Assembly: GCF_009914755.1 (NCBI RefSeq)
Contig: NC_060933.1
Reading direction: 5' to 3' (one strand)
DNA length: 64,000 nucleotides
From: the human T2T-CHM13v2.0 reference genome, Homo sapiens
Shown here: in pieces, positions 1-14,732 of the stretch
Numbering within the stretch: position 1 is the first letter of the stretch
Layout of the letters: every line of letters starts with the position of its first letter
Position numbers and translations under genes: made by a program
Notes under the pieces: model-generated
Told to the model about the DNA's origin: nothing
Seen by the model: the letters and a program-made list of their open reading frames with translations, nothing else
Databases searched by the model: none

Positions 1-969
1 GTCATTCTTATGCGACTGTGTGTTCAGAATATAGCTCTGATGCTAGGCTGGAGGTCTGGACACGGGTCCAAGTCCACCGCCAGCTGCTTGCTAGTAACAT
101 GACTTGTGTAAGTTATCCCAGCTGCAGCATCTAAGTAAGTCTCTTCCTGCGCTAAGCAGGTCCAGGATCCCTGAACGGAATTTATTTGCTCTGTCCATTC
201 TGAGAACCCAAAGGAGTCCTAAAAGAGGAATGGAGGAGCCTAAGAATAAAAATAGTATAATAAAACATTTCTTAGACACATTGACCTTGGCCTATGTCAA
301 AGTTCAGTCTGGGTTTGTCTTATAACACAAGGAGTAAAAGTACCATTGTTCTACCTCTTTTTTTAATACTTGAAAAAAATTTACTGTGGATGCTTTTCTA
401 TGAATTAAATAACCTTCTAAAAAATGTTTTCATTGCTGCATTCGATTAGATTGGGTAACTAAATGAAATTAATTCCTCACTGTTGGGTATAAAGGTTATT
501 TACAGTGGTTCTGTCTTAGCCATTCACTGAACTCATTGCATATATATCTCTGGAATATTGCTGATTGTTTCCTTCAAGTAAACTTAGAAGTGTAACTACT
601 TAGTCAAAGAGCCTGAATATTTTAAAGGCCTTTTGAAGAAAACTGAAAATGCTTTCCAGAAAGGATGTATCAGTTGACAATGACAGTCGTCAACAGTATT
701 TAAGGAGAACTATGATACTCTGAAGAAAAACTTAGCCTTTCTCAGTAAAAGTAGGTAGGCAGAGGCCACATGACAGCAGTTAGAGTGTGGTCTTCAAGGA
801 AGTCACAGAAATACTGTGGGGAATTGAAACCCCATGTGGAAAATGTACAAGAGTGTCTCAGTGTGACTGAGAAGGAGGTTGGGCATGGGGTTTCATGGAG
901 TTTAATAAAGTTTGGTCACTTAGTAGAGGTTTAATAAATCAACTGTCTTAATCTTTGATCCTACTTAAG

Positions 970-1087
970 AATTTTTTTTTTGTTTTTGTAGAGATGGGGC
1001 TCTTGTTATGTTGCCCAGGCTGTTCTCGAACTCCTAGCCTCAGGCGATCCTCCCTCCTCAGGCTCCAGAAGTCCTGGGATTACTGGC
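970..1087 (-). mobile_element. Alu monomer (FLAM/AluJ left-arm type)
   Basis: T tail + gtagagatggggctc...cccaggctgttctcgaactcc...gggattac...gagccacc. Confidence 0.8.
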
Positions 1088-1138
1088 GGGAGCCACCATG
1101 CAGGCCTCTTGCTCCTACTTTTGAGAAAGGAAGTTTAA

Positions 1139-1501
<363 letters not shown>

Positions 1502-2884
1502 TAGTATTAGTTCCATAGTGTTATACTGGGCTTCCCCCAGGGACAAACCCACTTCCCCAACCTGAATGAGCCATCACTTCTTCCCCAGTTTACATTTCAT
1601 TGCTCTTTAAATGTCTCCATTCGGATATGGGAATTCACATATGGTCATAATTCTTACCTGAAGAAGATGTCAGTCTTCTTCTCTTACACCAACTGCCCTG
1701 ATATGAGGTTTAGAGGTTAAAGAACATGTGTGTATTTACATGATCTTTGTATTCTGCCTTTTCGTCCCTCACTAATGACAGCTGCACCCCAAGGAAATGG
1801 AGCTGTGGAAGAGAGGGTTTGATAAGAAATTAAGTAAATATTGGATCTAATCCATCACCCTCCAGGAAGCCTTTATTACTCCTAAAAATTTCAACCAAAT
1901 TCATTAAAGGACAAGAACTCCACCAGAGTAGGCCATAAACATTGGCAAAATTAGTTGTAATCCATGACTAGATTTAATGTCCCTTTGTTTTATTCCCATA
2001 TGGTTATAATGCTTTGCTTGGCATTAGGGGTATTTTAAGTTTTCTTCTGCCTAGTAAGTGAATTTGTGTTTATAATACAATAATCATAAAATATCACATT
2101 AATATTTTATAACTGTACAGTTATAAAATATTTTATAAGTAATATTTATATTTTATAAGTAATATTTTATAACTGTACAGTTAACTCTGGCCCAAGGAAA
2201 AGATAGTCTGATAGATGCTGCAGCCCCATTTTAGCAAATGTGACCTCACAGGCCTGAATGCCATCGCTATTCCACATCTACAGGATAGACGGAAAGGAAA
2301 GAAATAAAAAAATAGGTACCTAACACTGGCAAGAGGATGATGACTCATGTTATTTCACTTAACCTTTTTATCTTTTAACATGAAGGACTCATACAGGTTG
2401 ATAAGAAACCAGTGACATAAACAGACCAAAAAATGATCAGATCTTTCAAATTAGCAAAAAAATAATATTTTTTAAACAATGGGTGAAAATACAGTGTAAC
2501 AGTACCAATTATCAACATGTGTTGAGAACCAGAAAAATGTTCTTTTTCTTTGATCAGCAACACTATTTGGGAAAATCTATCCTCAGGGCCTAGCCTGGGG
2601 CCCTGGCACACAGTAGGCACTCAACGAATATTTGCTGAACACACAAATACTTATGATATTTTAAAAAATTGGCAACAATCTGATACCTAACAATAGAGGG
2701 ATTAAATATTATGGAACTGTTAAATAAGATGCTTATGAATACCATGCAGTAAGATGGGCAATATTTATGCCATAAGCTTTAATGAAACAAATGGGTATTA
2801 AATGTATGATAAGGTTATAAATTACTTTTTAAAAGATTACAGGGAAAAAAATTGAAAGATATACACTGAAATGTTTTTTGCTCA

Positions 2885-3086
2885 CAGTGGTGACAAGGTT
2901 TCTCAGCACTGGCACTGTTGACGTTTTAGGCTGTATGTCTTTGCTGTGGGAGGCTGGCCTGTGCACTGCAGGGTGTTTGGCAGCACTCTTGGCCTCTGCC
3001 CCTAGATAGCAATAGCAGTCCTCCCTCAACCAGCCCAATTTTGACAACCAAAAATGTTTCCAGGCATCACCAGATGCTCCCTGGGT
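2885..3086. mobile_element. MER20-like hAT DNA transposon
   Basis: ggcactgttgacgttttagg...gtgcactgcagggtgtttggcagc...gacaaccaaaaatgtttccaggcat matches the MER20 consensus. Confidence 0.7.
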
Positions 3087-4489
3087 GAGAGTGATGAAAT
3101 AGTAGGGGATTTTCCCCTTCTTTTCTTATTTTCTGTAATTCCATTATATTACTTTAATAATAAAGAAAAAAACATAAAAAATAAACGAATGTTATTATTC
3201 TACGTCAGTTTGGATGTTTGGACTCCATTTTGGGGTTCTTTCCATTATATCACTTGGTCTGCTAAACATTCTACGGTTTGGTAAGGTGAAGTGATTCATG
3301 AAATTTTGGTTTTATTTTTTTCCTGATACTAAAAATAAAACATTCTTTCACTTGGAAATTTGGACACAGAACACCAAAAAAAATCCATAATCTCATCTCT
3401 CTTTTTCTGTCTTTTCCTTCCTTTTTTCCCTTTAAAAACAATAAAGAGTGAAACCTACCTGTTCTCCCTCTAATTTAATTCCTAAATATAATCACTGTCA
3501 ATATCTTGGACATTTCCTGTGTCTAAACACACACACACACTTTTTTTTTTCAGCAAAAGTGGATTTCTGCTACATGTAGTGTTCTGCAACTTACTTTCTA
3601 TGTGTTTACAAAATCAGTACATGTACATATGCTGAATTCAGTCCTTAATGGTATTATATTTTGTGAATATACCAAAATTTGTTTAACCACTTAGACAATC
3701 TAGGATATTCTCAGTTTGCTGTTATGAGCAATGCTCTTCCTTTACATATACAGACATATATATATATATGTGTGTGTGTGTTTTTGTTTTAGTAGGATAG
3801 ATTTCTAGGAGAGGGTGAAAGGTCTTATGACATCCGCATTTACGATTGTAATAGGAAGTATCAAAGTGCCCCCTAAAGAAAAAAATCCTCCCATTAGTGG
3901 GTAAGAAAGCCTATTTGTTCATATCTTCACAAACACTAAATATTAGAAATATTTACAATTGTGGTCAAGCTCATAAGTGAAAATGGTATTTCATATCTTA
4001 TATTTTTTATTGTGAGATTGAACATCTTTCATATGTTTACATGTCACCTGTATTTCTTATTCTCTGAACTATATGTTATGACCTTTCACTTTTTTTCCTC
4101 ATGGGTTATGTGTAGTTTGTATAGTTGTCTTATTGATTGTTAGGAGCTATTTATATATTAGGAACATTAATCTCCTGTCTTATATATACGTGGCATCGAT
4201 TAGTTGATCATTTGTGAGTTCATGTCTGTATACAAAGATTGGAGAGGCACTAAGAGGGAAAACTTACCTCTTTCTTATCAAAGTTTGTAAATATATGTAT
4301 AACAGAAGAGGGAGAAAATATTAATAAATGCACAGATTGGCTGAAATAGAGTATAAATCTTTTACTCCCCTACTTCAACATAAACTGCAAAAGGAGAGTG
4401 ACTTTTCTTTCACTCTGACTTCCGTATTCCTCATGCTTAAAATAGTGCCTAGCACAGAAGAGGTGCTCAATCAGTGTTTGCTAAACGAA

Positions 4490-4600
4490 ATAATTAGTCA
4501 CATTTCAAGCAGGATGACTAAATGAAGAATAGAATCTAGGCAGATACTCTGGAAGAGTGGCTGTGAGTCATTCATATCTTAGTATGAATTAGTCAAATCC
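4490..4600. promoter_or_regulatory. CD274 intron 1 AP-1 enhancer candidate
   Basis: Perfect TGAGTCA at 4564-4570 flanked by TTAGTCA variants at 4494-4500 and 4589-4595; about 5 kb from the CD274 TSS, where an AP-1-responsive enhancer is described. Confidence 0.65.
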
Positions 4601-5238
4601 AACTCTCTCCCCTTCCCACTCCCCACTGTTAGTAGAAGAATCTGTTTATTGAGAGAATAGATTTATAATTTAGAATAAGTGAGAGGGGCAGAAGAGGAGA
4701 TTTTGAAGGATGGCACCTGAAGGAGGACTAGCATGGCTGAGACAGTGAAGTGGAAGTCTTGAATAGCTAAAGGGTAAGATGAAAGTATTTAGCTGTAGGG
4801 GGAAAAAGCATTGACAGGTTGGAAAAGTAAAAGTCAGATTCTCCTTGCTCTGAAATGTTGTACAGGGCAGGTTCTACTAGGTATGTTACAATGCAGAAAA
4901 AACATGAAATAATTGAGAGGAATTTGGTGCAATATTATCTTCTTGGCTTCTTTTGAGTGGGCAGATTTTTTTCACGGCCTGTAACTATAATAAATTTGAA
5001 ACTTCTCATCTTTTAGTAACTTTTTTCACTTAAGTTTATGTGGCTGTGGGCAATGGAATGAAGATATTGAACTTCCAATTCCCTGTTGGGTTTCCACAAT
5101 TACAAGTCAATCATGACTGGTTATTAGAAGACTATTTCAGTTAGAACCACCAAGTCCCATATTGTCATATTGTATGTTTAATTATTAAGTGAAGCAGTCT
5201 TCTTTTCGTGTTTTCCATAATTAGGGCATTCCAGAAAG

Positions 5239-5290
5239 ATGAGGATATTTGCTGTCTTTATATTCATGACCTACTGGCATTTGCTGAACG
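5239..5290 (+). CDS. CD274: CD274 exon 2 coding part: signal peptide MRIFAVFIFMTYWHLLN (exon 2 spans 5225-5290)
   Basis: ttag acceptor at 5221-5224; ATG 5239; translation matches the PD-L1 N-terminus; G|gtaag donor after 5290 (phase 1). Too short for the ORF track. Confidence 0.98.
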
Positions 5291-6103
5291 GTAAGACACC
5301 AAATCCTTCCATTAGGTTCTATATTTTAAATATTTTAACCATGAGTTTAAAACTAAAATGATCATTTAAAATGCATGCAATTTTCTTATAGAGAGAACAT
5401 TCTATTCTTTCTTCTACTTTACACAATGGCAAAGTCTTCTTTCTACTTTACGCAATGATAAAGTTACCTGTGTCATTTTGTAAAAATATAGAGAATATAG
5501 ACAAATTGAAAGACACAAAATAATCTATTACCCATTTCCCAGGGTTAACTACTGAAAATATCTGGGGAAATGGCCTGTATGTATACATTTATTTGTTTGC
5601 TTTCAACAAGGCCAAGATCCTTTGATCTTTCAGTCTTGGTTGCTCTGCGACATGCCTTTCCTGATGAGGATACTCTAAGGAAGAATTGTAAGATACATGG
5701 AAAATGTCAGGGTAACACAGTACTGGCATCACCCTGTGCTCTTTCCTGAACTCCATACCAATGTACTTCTTGCCAGAAAACTGATCAAAAGTTTAGGGAA
5801 GTAAAAAGAGATGACTGTTAGAATCTACCATTCCCTCTATGTAGGAAGCAAATAGGTGTCCTGTCAAAGGACATTCTGGGGATGTCTACATGAAACCAAG
5901 TCTCCCTGGTTGTAAGGACTCCATCTCCATATAATATTTATACAGTAATATATGTTTATAAATTGTGGGGGCAACTTGTTTAGCTAATTTTATTATTCTG
6001 CTATTGGGACACTGTGTCTCAGCATGAGATATAGTGTCCCAAAACATATTTCAAGCCCATTGGATAAAATATGTGTTTAGCAAGTTCTTAAATATAATGA
6101 TAA

Positions 6104-6562
<459 letters not shown>

Positions 6563-9500
6563 TGAGAGGCCTGATCTTTATTGAAAACATATTCCAAGTG
6601 TTGAAGACTTTTCATTCTTGTAAGTCCATACTTATTTTCAAACAGAACAGCATAGTCTGTTCATTCATTCATTCAATTCATGAATTCATTCACATAATTA
6701 TCCAATTTCTTGAGCACCTATTTGATAGTCACTGGAAATCCAGAGACAAACAACACAGAGCCATGTTCTACAGTATGTACAGTTTTCCAAAAAGAATTTC
6801 TAGTCTTTACTTTTTTATTACAAATGGAATACGTATACTTGCAAATAATTCAGATACTGTGGAAGAGATCAAATGAATTGCAAAAGTGTCCCTCCTCCCT
6901 TCACCACTATCTCCCATGGCATGCAGAGAGAGTAACCATTATTTGTGTGTCCCTCCAGAAATTTTTTTATTCAACTACTATTTTTTTATTTTATTAGGTC
7001 CGTCAGTTTTCCTTTTTTGAGCCTCTCTATATCAAATGCAAATAAATATATTCAGAACAAACCCCACTGTAAGGTTCACATTAAAAAAGACTTGAAGTCA
7101 CCCTATGAAGACAAAAAATAATCACATTAAGTGTGAAAGAACCTATTCTTCCAGTACAGTATAAGCCATACTTACTGGGCATATATTCATCTTGAAAATC
7201 TATACTGATGTTGTCTTGGAGAATTGAAAAGGAACTAGGAGTGTTAGTTCCTCGGTATTGACCCACAGTTATGTTATCAGGTCACTTGAGTTCAAAGTTT
7301 TGTGTTGGCACTAGCTAAGTAAAGGAAAACACCTCTGCTTTCATTGTTGAGTTTCACAGAATTGAGAGCTGAAAGGATCCCAGGCAGGAGCAGCTAATCC
7401 AAACTCCCACAAAGAACAAAAATCCCCCAGAGGATCTTCTGTTCTTATATTTCCTGCAATGGCGTCCCTGTCATATCCCACAATGGCCTCCCTGCCATTT
7501 GGATATCCCTTCCATATCCTGTTGAAATTACTCCCTAATAGTAAGCTGAAATCTGCCCCTCTAGTTGTAGTCTTGGGATTATTTCATTTACATGATGACC
7601 TTTTAATATTTGACTAGAATTAAATCATCTCCCCTTGGTCTTTCCATTCCTGGGCTAACTACCATCAATCTGAGGGCTAACAATACAAGTAGAAAAAGTT
7701 TACATTTGTCACTGATCACTGATCAATTATTAATCAATGATCACTGATAACTATAAACTCAAAAACAAAATCATGTGGGGATTAAGAGAAATGTATCAGT
7801 TTTATGTTGTATTTCTGGTCCCTGATTCTGGCTCAGGTAATGCCACTATTGTCAAGAAGATACCACTTGTAAAGTAGATTTAATTTTCATTATATTTTAC
7901 CATATGCTTCTCCATTCATGACATCTCTTGAGATGTTGTGGTTTATACTTTCAGTTTTTCTCCAGTCCATCAGCAAATATCAGGCATCTACTGTGTTCCA
8001 AGATATTAAAGAAATCATCATGACTTAGCCTCATCAACAGCATTGCTAGATCTGGGATGGAAAGGAAGAGTATAATCCTGGCAGTCAGGAAGAAGGCAGC
8101 ATAAAGTATAAGTTTCTGCTTCCAAAAAAGGTCTCTCATCAGCCTGTAGGGAGTGTGTAGGGAAGGGACAGCTGTCCTTGTAGTAGGGAAGGGTTTTATT
8201 CAGGTCGTCTGGGCTCCATAATATCCCTTGTGTATCTGCAGTCTCCTTTGCCATGGATCAACACAATAGGAAATCTTCCGGCACTGATGGTTTTTCCAAG
8301 GGGGAGTTCTTCCTGGAGCAAAGCAAATGACCAACCAGGTTTGAGGACCTGATTTGTTTGACAATTCCATTTTGTATTGTAAATTACTTAATTGGCATTC
8401 TACTCCCAATCCATCTTGTCATTTGCATACAGTGGTTTTGGGATTGAGTTCAGCTATACCAAAAGTCTGAACCTTCTGCACTTAGAACAAGGCAACCACC
8501 AAGCTTCACTTGCACTGAGGCCGTGTCTCCAATGGAAATGAGGTAGCTGGCTTGCAGGAGCTTCCCAACTCAGGGAAGTAGAACTCCTGAGTCACCTCCA
8601 TATGCAAATGATTTCACAGTAATGCTGTTGAACTTCACTTCCCATCACAGCAAATGTGTGGTAACATAGCTTCCCCACAGGAGTTTACTCACCATGGTAT
8701 TTTAAAGGTGAAACATTTCAAAACTGAAATTTGAAAGAATTTAGTTTTGGATTCACTCAATTATCACTATCACTTCGGGTGTTATTGCACCTTTCTTGTT
8801 TGTGAGTTTAAATGCCAGACTCTCAGGCCTCTAACTTTCAATTAAAAGTGTTTTTCTTTAATCGCTGAACCTAACAGCAGGGAAAACGAAATGTTCATTC
8901 AGACTTTCAGAACCTTCAATGAGATTAGGCAGCTGAAAGATCAAAGTGTTGCATAGTTGTCCCGATAAAGCTATTTGGATCATATGGACCAAATCGACTG
9001 CTGTCATTCCCCACCAACCCCATCTCTCCCCAAAATTCCCAGCCCTGTTTAAGTGTTCTCTGTAGCATTTATCTCTATCTAGTATATTGTGTAGCATATC
9101 ATATCATACTTTTCTGTTTTGTTTATTGTCTCTCTCTCCTCCTAGAATATAAACTCCACAAGCACAAAGATTTGGGCCTGTTTTATAATATTGTTGCATC
9201 CCCAGGGCCTGATATACAGCAGAGTGGTGGTACGAAAAGAGCACACAAAAAAATATTTGTTGAGTCAATGAATGAATGATTTCCTCAAATAGGATTAGCC
9301 TAAAATTTTGGAAACATGAACAGATTTGGATATGTGAAAATTTATTTCCAGACTGTTCATCAGGAACTGTTAGCAGCTTCTAAAGGGTACACTGGAGCAG
9401 CAGTAGTAAAAGGAGGAAGAGGAGCAGCTCTGCTACTGCTACTATCGAGTACTACTACAATTAGCACTTGCTTATTCTGTGTGTTAGGCCCTGTACTGAA

Positions 9501-10999
9501 CACTCTGTCTAAATTAGTTCATTTCCTCCTGGAAATGACTCTAGGGGGTAAGTGCTTCATCATGTAAGATGAGTATTTTTCACATTTTGTTGTGTCTGAA
9601 ATCTGAGTGTGTCTTTCAATGATGGAATCTTTGATTCCATGATAAGTGGTATTATTCCCATTTTAAGGATGAGGAAACTGAGGTCCAAAGAAATTAAGTA
9701 ATTTGCCCAAATTCACCCAGCCTAGAAAATGATAAAGCTAGTTCTAAACCCAAGCAGATTAGCTCTGAAGTCTGGGCCCTTAATAACCACTTTTTATTGC
9801 CTATATTTGTACCTCTGGTGTACGTATCAAGTTATATGTTGACTTCAAAACTATCATGACCTTTTCTTGGTTTTGATTGTCCAACATTAGTATAGTGTTC
9901 TGGGTCTGCAAAAATTTTGATTACTCACCTCATCTGTAAAACATTTTGAACTCGTGTGTTTGTGCATGCACATTTGTGTGTAATTATAAAAATTTTACTT
10001 TCTGTTAATATATAAGTTGTATCATAAGAAACTGCCATTTTTGAAGAGCAAAAAAAGGTTGAATGTTACCAGTTACATCTGGTTCAACCTAATAGACATT
10101 TGTACAAAAACAGACATTTTAAGAGGTTGAAATAAAAATTTAATAAACAATATTTTCAGTTTTTACTAATTGTGATGCTTCACTATCATTAGCTAATATG
10201 TCAAGGCATAATATACCTTAGGGTGAACTTTATCATTAACAAAGGTGGATGGTGTCAATAATCTTGAGGTTTGTGTTTTTTTATATAACACTGCGAGGTC
10301 TAATTAAGTACTTACTGTTTACCACCTCATACAGTGGCCGATAAAAAGTGTCACTTCTGCTGTTTCCTCTGGGTTGTGCTTGAATTATTAGTATTATCTT
10401 CAGTCCTCAGTTTCTTTGTGGGAAACTTTTTAATTAGTTGTTTAATTTTGTAAGATGGTTAGTTTAGTCAAAATTAGATAAGAGAATTTGAAAATCCGTA
10501 GCTACTCCAAAGCAACCTACGCATAAGAACTATTATTTTTGTGTTTTGAAATCATAATTTTATTGATTTCCAGTGTTTCCACTGGTAGTGGTTTCATTGA
10601 TATAGGAGTATCAAAACATCACTCATTATTTATTTCAGTTTCATTTGATCCTAGCCGTTTTGTATTAACTCTCTGTGAAGAAATTACCTCACAAATCTAT
10701 TGCTGTCCTTGGTAAAGGAATGGAGAATTAAGGCTCTAGATCATTAGTGGTTACACTATAGTATTAGGAGTAAAAAAAAGATTATACCAACAAAATAAGA
10801 ACATGTTAATGTACTTGTAATGAATAAACATGAATAAAGCTCTTATGCTATATAGATGCACTAAACAATCTACTAGAATTGTCAGCAAACTACGTATCTT
10901 AATCCTGAAAGGGTCCCAAACCAATGATCTAAAATTGAATCAAACTTTCTTCCTTGAGCATAATTACTTAAATGATTTATTAAAATAGCCAGCATTTAA

Positions 11000-11275
11000 A
11001 AGCTTAAAATGTAAATATCATAATGTGGTATCCTAGATAGCATCCCAGAACAGAAAAAGGATATTAGGGAAAAACTGGAGGAATGGAATAAATTATGCAG
11101 TTTAGTTATTAATAATGTACTAACGTCCTTAGTTATGACGATTGTACCATGGTAATGTAAGATACTAACAATAGAGGAAACCGGGTAAGGAGTATACAGT
11201 AACTCTATACTATCTTTGCAACTTTTTTGTAAATTTAAAACTTCTAAAATAAAGAACAAATTTAAACATTAAAAA
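11000..11275 (+). mobile_element. Old L1 (L1MC-like) 3' end fragment
   Basis: aatgtggtatcctagatagcatcccagaacagaaaaagg...actctatactatctttgcaactttt...ttctaaaataaa. Confidence 0.65.
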
Positions 11276-11960
11276 GTATCACCAGGAACATATATCACTG
11301 TTTACAGATGAAATACTATGTATTTTCATATCTAATTTCTGATCATTGACTTCAAATCAGAAAAGTGAATGACACCTCAAAATCAGGTTTTCTGTTTACT
11401 GAAGTCTAAGAAAAGAAAGCATACCAGCTGGAGAGATTCATGTTTATAAAGACAGATTTATAACAACAAAAATAAAATATCCAAGAATAAATTTAAGAAG
11501 AAGCACTTTACTGAGAAACATATGAAAACCTGAACAAATGGAGAGGGATATTTTGTATTTGAATAGAAAGACTTCTGGTTTAAAGATAATTCTCTTTAAA
11601 TTATTTTTTGTAGAAATTTAAGGGGTACAAGAGCAGTGTTGTCACATGGATATATTACATAGTGGTGAAGTCTGGGGTTTTAGTGTAAATTAATCTTTAC
11701 ATTTTGTTTGAGCCCAATAAATGTACCAACATGATTTTTATAGAAAGATAGTCATTCCTATTAATCCAAACTTGTCCCAACTTTGAATTGAATTGAGGCA
11801 GAGCTAGCAGGTGTTCCCCACGGCTGAGGCATCTGAACATTAAGCATATCCCTCTGAGAACCAGCCTGCATTGATACTCTTTCTAATGTGGACAGCATCA
11901 AGCTATGTACGTAGTTCTGTGCTCAGCAAAAGCCCTGACTTCTTTTTGTTTATGTCCTAG

Positions 11961-12248
11961 CCCCATACAACAAAATCAACCAAAGAATTTTGGTTGTGGA
12001 TCCAGTCACCTCTGAACATGAACTGACATGTCAGGCTGAGGGCTACCCCAAGGCCGAAGTCATCTGGACAAGCAGTGACCATCAAGTCCTGAGTGGTAAG
12101 ACCACCACCACCAATTCCAAGAGAGAGGAGAAGCTTTTCAATGTGACCAGCACACTGAGAATCAACACAACAACTAATGAGATTTTCTACTGCACTTTTA
12201 GGAGATTAGATCCTGAGGAAAACCATACAGCTGAATTGGTCATCCCAG
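11961..12248 (+). CDS. CD274: CD274 exon 4, IgC domain (PYNKINQRILVVDPVTSEHELTC...AELVIP)
   Basis: ORF 11990..12304; cctag acceptor; CCAG|gtaat donor; 288 nt, phase 1-1; NVT, NTT and NHT glycosylation sequons present. Confidence 0.99.
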
Positions 12249-12304
12249 GTAATATTCTGAATGTGTCCATTAAAATATGTCTAACACTGTCCCCTAGCAC
12301 CTAG
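12249..12304 (+). CDS. CD274: Intron-4 read-through C-terminus of secreted PD-L1 isoform (GNILNVSIKICLTLSPST*)
   Basis: Frame stays open past the exon 4 donor to TAG 12302-12304; AATAAA at 12343-12348 and 12427-12432; matches the described secPD-L1 / CD274-L2A isoform tail. Confidence 0.85.
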
Positions 12305-12363
12305 CATGATGTCTGCCTATCATAGTCATTCAGTGATTGTTGAATAAATGAATGAATGAATAA
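12275..12363 (+). mobile_element. L2 (L2a-type) 3' end supplying the stop codon and poly(A) signal of secreted PD-L1
   Basis: cctagcacctagca...ttgttgaataaatgaatgaatgaa is the typical L2 3' tail. Confidence 0.75.
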
Positions 12364-13912
12364 CACTATATTTACAAAATATATCCTAATTCCTCACCTC
12401 CATTCATCCAAACCATATTGTTACTTAATAAACATTCAGCAGATATTTATGGAATATACCTTTTGTTCCATGCATTGTAGTACTCATTGGATACACATAG
12501 AATAATAAGACTCAGTTCACACTCTTCAGGAAACAGATAAAAAACTAAGAAACAAACAAAAAACAGGCAATCCAACACCATGTGGGAAATGCTTTCATAG
12601 CCGGGAAACCTGGGGAATACCTGAGAGGAATACTCAATTCAGGCCTTGTTTCAGGAATCCAAATCCTGGCACATCAGAGCTGCTTCCCTCTTTCCAGGGT
12701 GGCAGGAAATAAATGGAACATATTTTTCTATCTTATGCCAAACATGAGGGACCCTTTCTCCCCGGTGCCTCTCCCAAGGTAGTCTACAATATTTCAACTC
12801 TAGCAGTCTGCTTAGTGCATAGAACATGAGGCTGTGTGTCCCTGGGCAAATTACTAGACTTCTGTGTGCTTCACTTTCCCTGTAGGATTATAATCTACTG
12901 AGCAAGTTTATTGTAAGGGTCAGATTAGCAACAGTGTATGAAAATGATTTGAGACCATTGCCTGCACAAATTCAACTATTTTTTTTTATCTCACTACTCT
13001 ACAGAAGTAGGTAGGGTGGGAGACAGAGTCTGATGAGAGGCTCAGAATGTGAAAGAAAGTGAGGCGAGTGAGCATGATATTTAATATAAACACAAAGATA
13101 TTCTGAGAAGAGCTTCTCACTGCCCCCTCCCCCAATACATGTTGATAGGAAAATGCCACGTACTTCAGCAAAAACAACTGAAAAATTAGATAGAAAAGTC
13201 AATCAATAGGAAAAGATAATCCAGGACGGTGTTGTGAACAGAAAGAGGGGGAAAAAACTTTAGAAAATGATGGGGATGCTCTTACTGGGGTACGAGTCCT
13301 CAGGTATTGAACTGGCTTTCAGTAAAAGCTAGATTAGTGGGTTCCTGCCATTTACAAGCTGTTTTATGACAACTTACTTGTTGGGTGGCCTACAGTAACT
13401 CACCTAACTGCACTGAGTCTGTTTCCTCATCTGTAAATTGGGGATTTTTTTTTAAATACCTGGCATGCCTAACTCATAAAGTTGTTCTGAAACTGAAATA
13501 AAACATACGTGAACAGGCATTGTAAACTGTAAGTTACGGAAAAAGCTGGCTGTTGTTGTGTCTTTAAAGTTTCACCTGGGTAGTCAAAGATGGATCATGG
13601 GTCTCAGTGGAGAGCTGAGCCAGGCAGGAGCTGACTAAGGGTGAGAGGTGGGAGTTAGCAGCCTCTGAACATCTGTGTGCCATGGGACCCCCTTTCCTCC
13701 TGCATGGTACCCCAGACAAGGAGCCTAGTAAGAGATACTAATGGCTTGTTGTCCAGAGATGTTCAAACTGCAGAGAAAGATAAGACAACAAGCATTGGCC
13801 TCCAATCATGATGACAGATAGGAGGAGGTGGGAGCTCCTTAGCAGTGCTGGTTGGCCTTCCATGTTCTACTGTGGGCCATCTCTGCCATGTACTGTAGGC
13901 TACTAGCTTCTA

Positions 13913-14261
<349 letters not shown>

Positions 14262-14624
14262 TTAATAGTGAGCAGCCACTCCATGTGGTACTGTGCAAGC
14301 ACATTATAAATATTAGCCTCACAAGAAATGTATTAGCATTTGTATTTTGTACACTGGTTAAGTATCTTGCCCAAGACCTCAAAACTGGTTAAGGGCAGCA
14401 GAATTTAGCCCCAGCACCACCTTTTCAAAGCCTGGGCTTCTCACACTTCTCCATGCTGTTCCCATTTTAACACAGGTATCTCGCCATTCCAGCCACTCAA
14501 ACTTTGGCATTTAAGAAAATTATCCTAAAGCTAAACTAAACTTCAAGGATGACCATTCTCCTGACCCCTTCCCATCAAAATTTTATCTTTAGTCAGTTTG
14601 TTTTCGTTTTGTTTTGTTTTTCAG

Positions 14625-14732
14625 AACTACCTCTGGCACATCCTCCAAATGAAAGGACTCACTTGGTAATTCTGGGAGCCATCTTATTATGCCTTGGTGT
14701 AGCACTGACATTCATCTTCCGTTTAAGAAAAG
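14625..14732 (+). CDS. CD274: CD274 exon 5, stalk and transmembrane helix (ELPLAHPPNERTHLVILGAILLCLGVALTFIFRLRK)
   Basis: ORF 14549..14818; long T tract + cag acceptor; AAAG|gtagt donor; 108 nt. Confidence 0.98.

Noticed and set aside
5403-5458. Short direct repeat (ttctactttac(a/g)caatg twice) in intron 2
   Set aside because: Small local duplication with no evident function.
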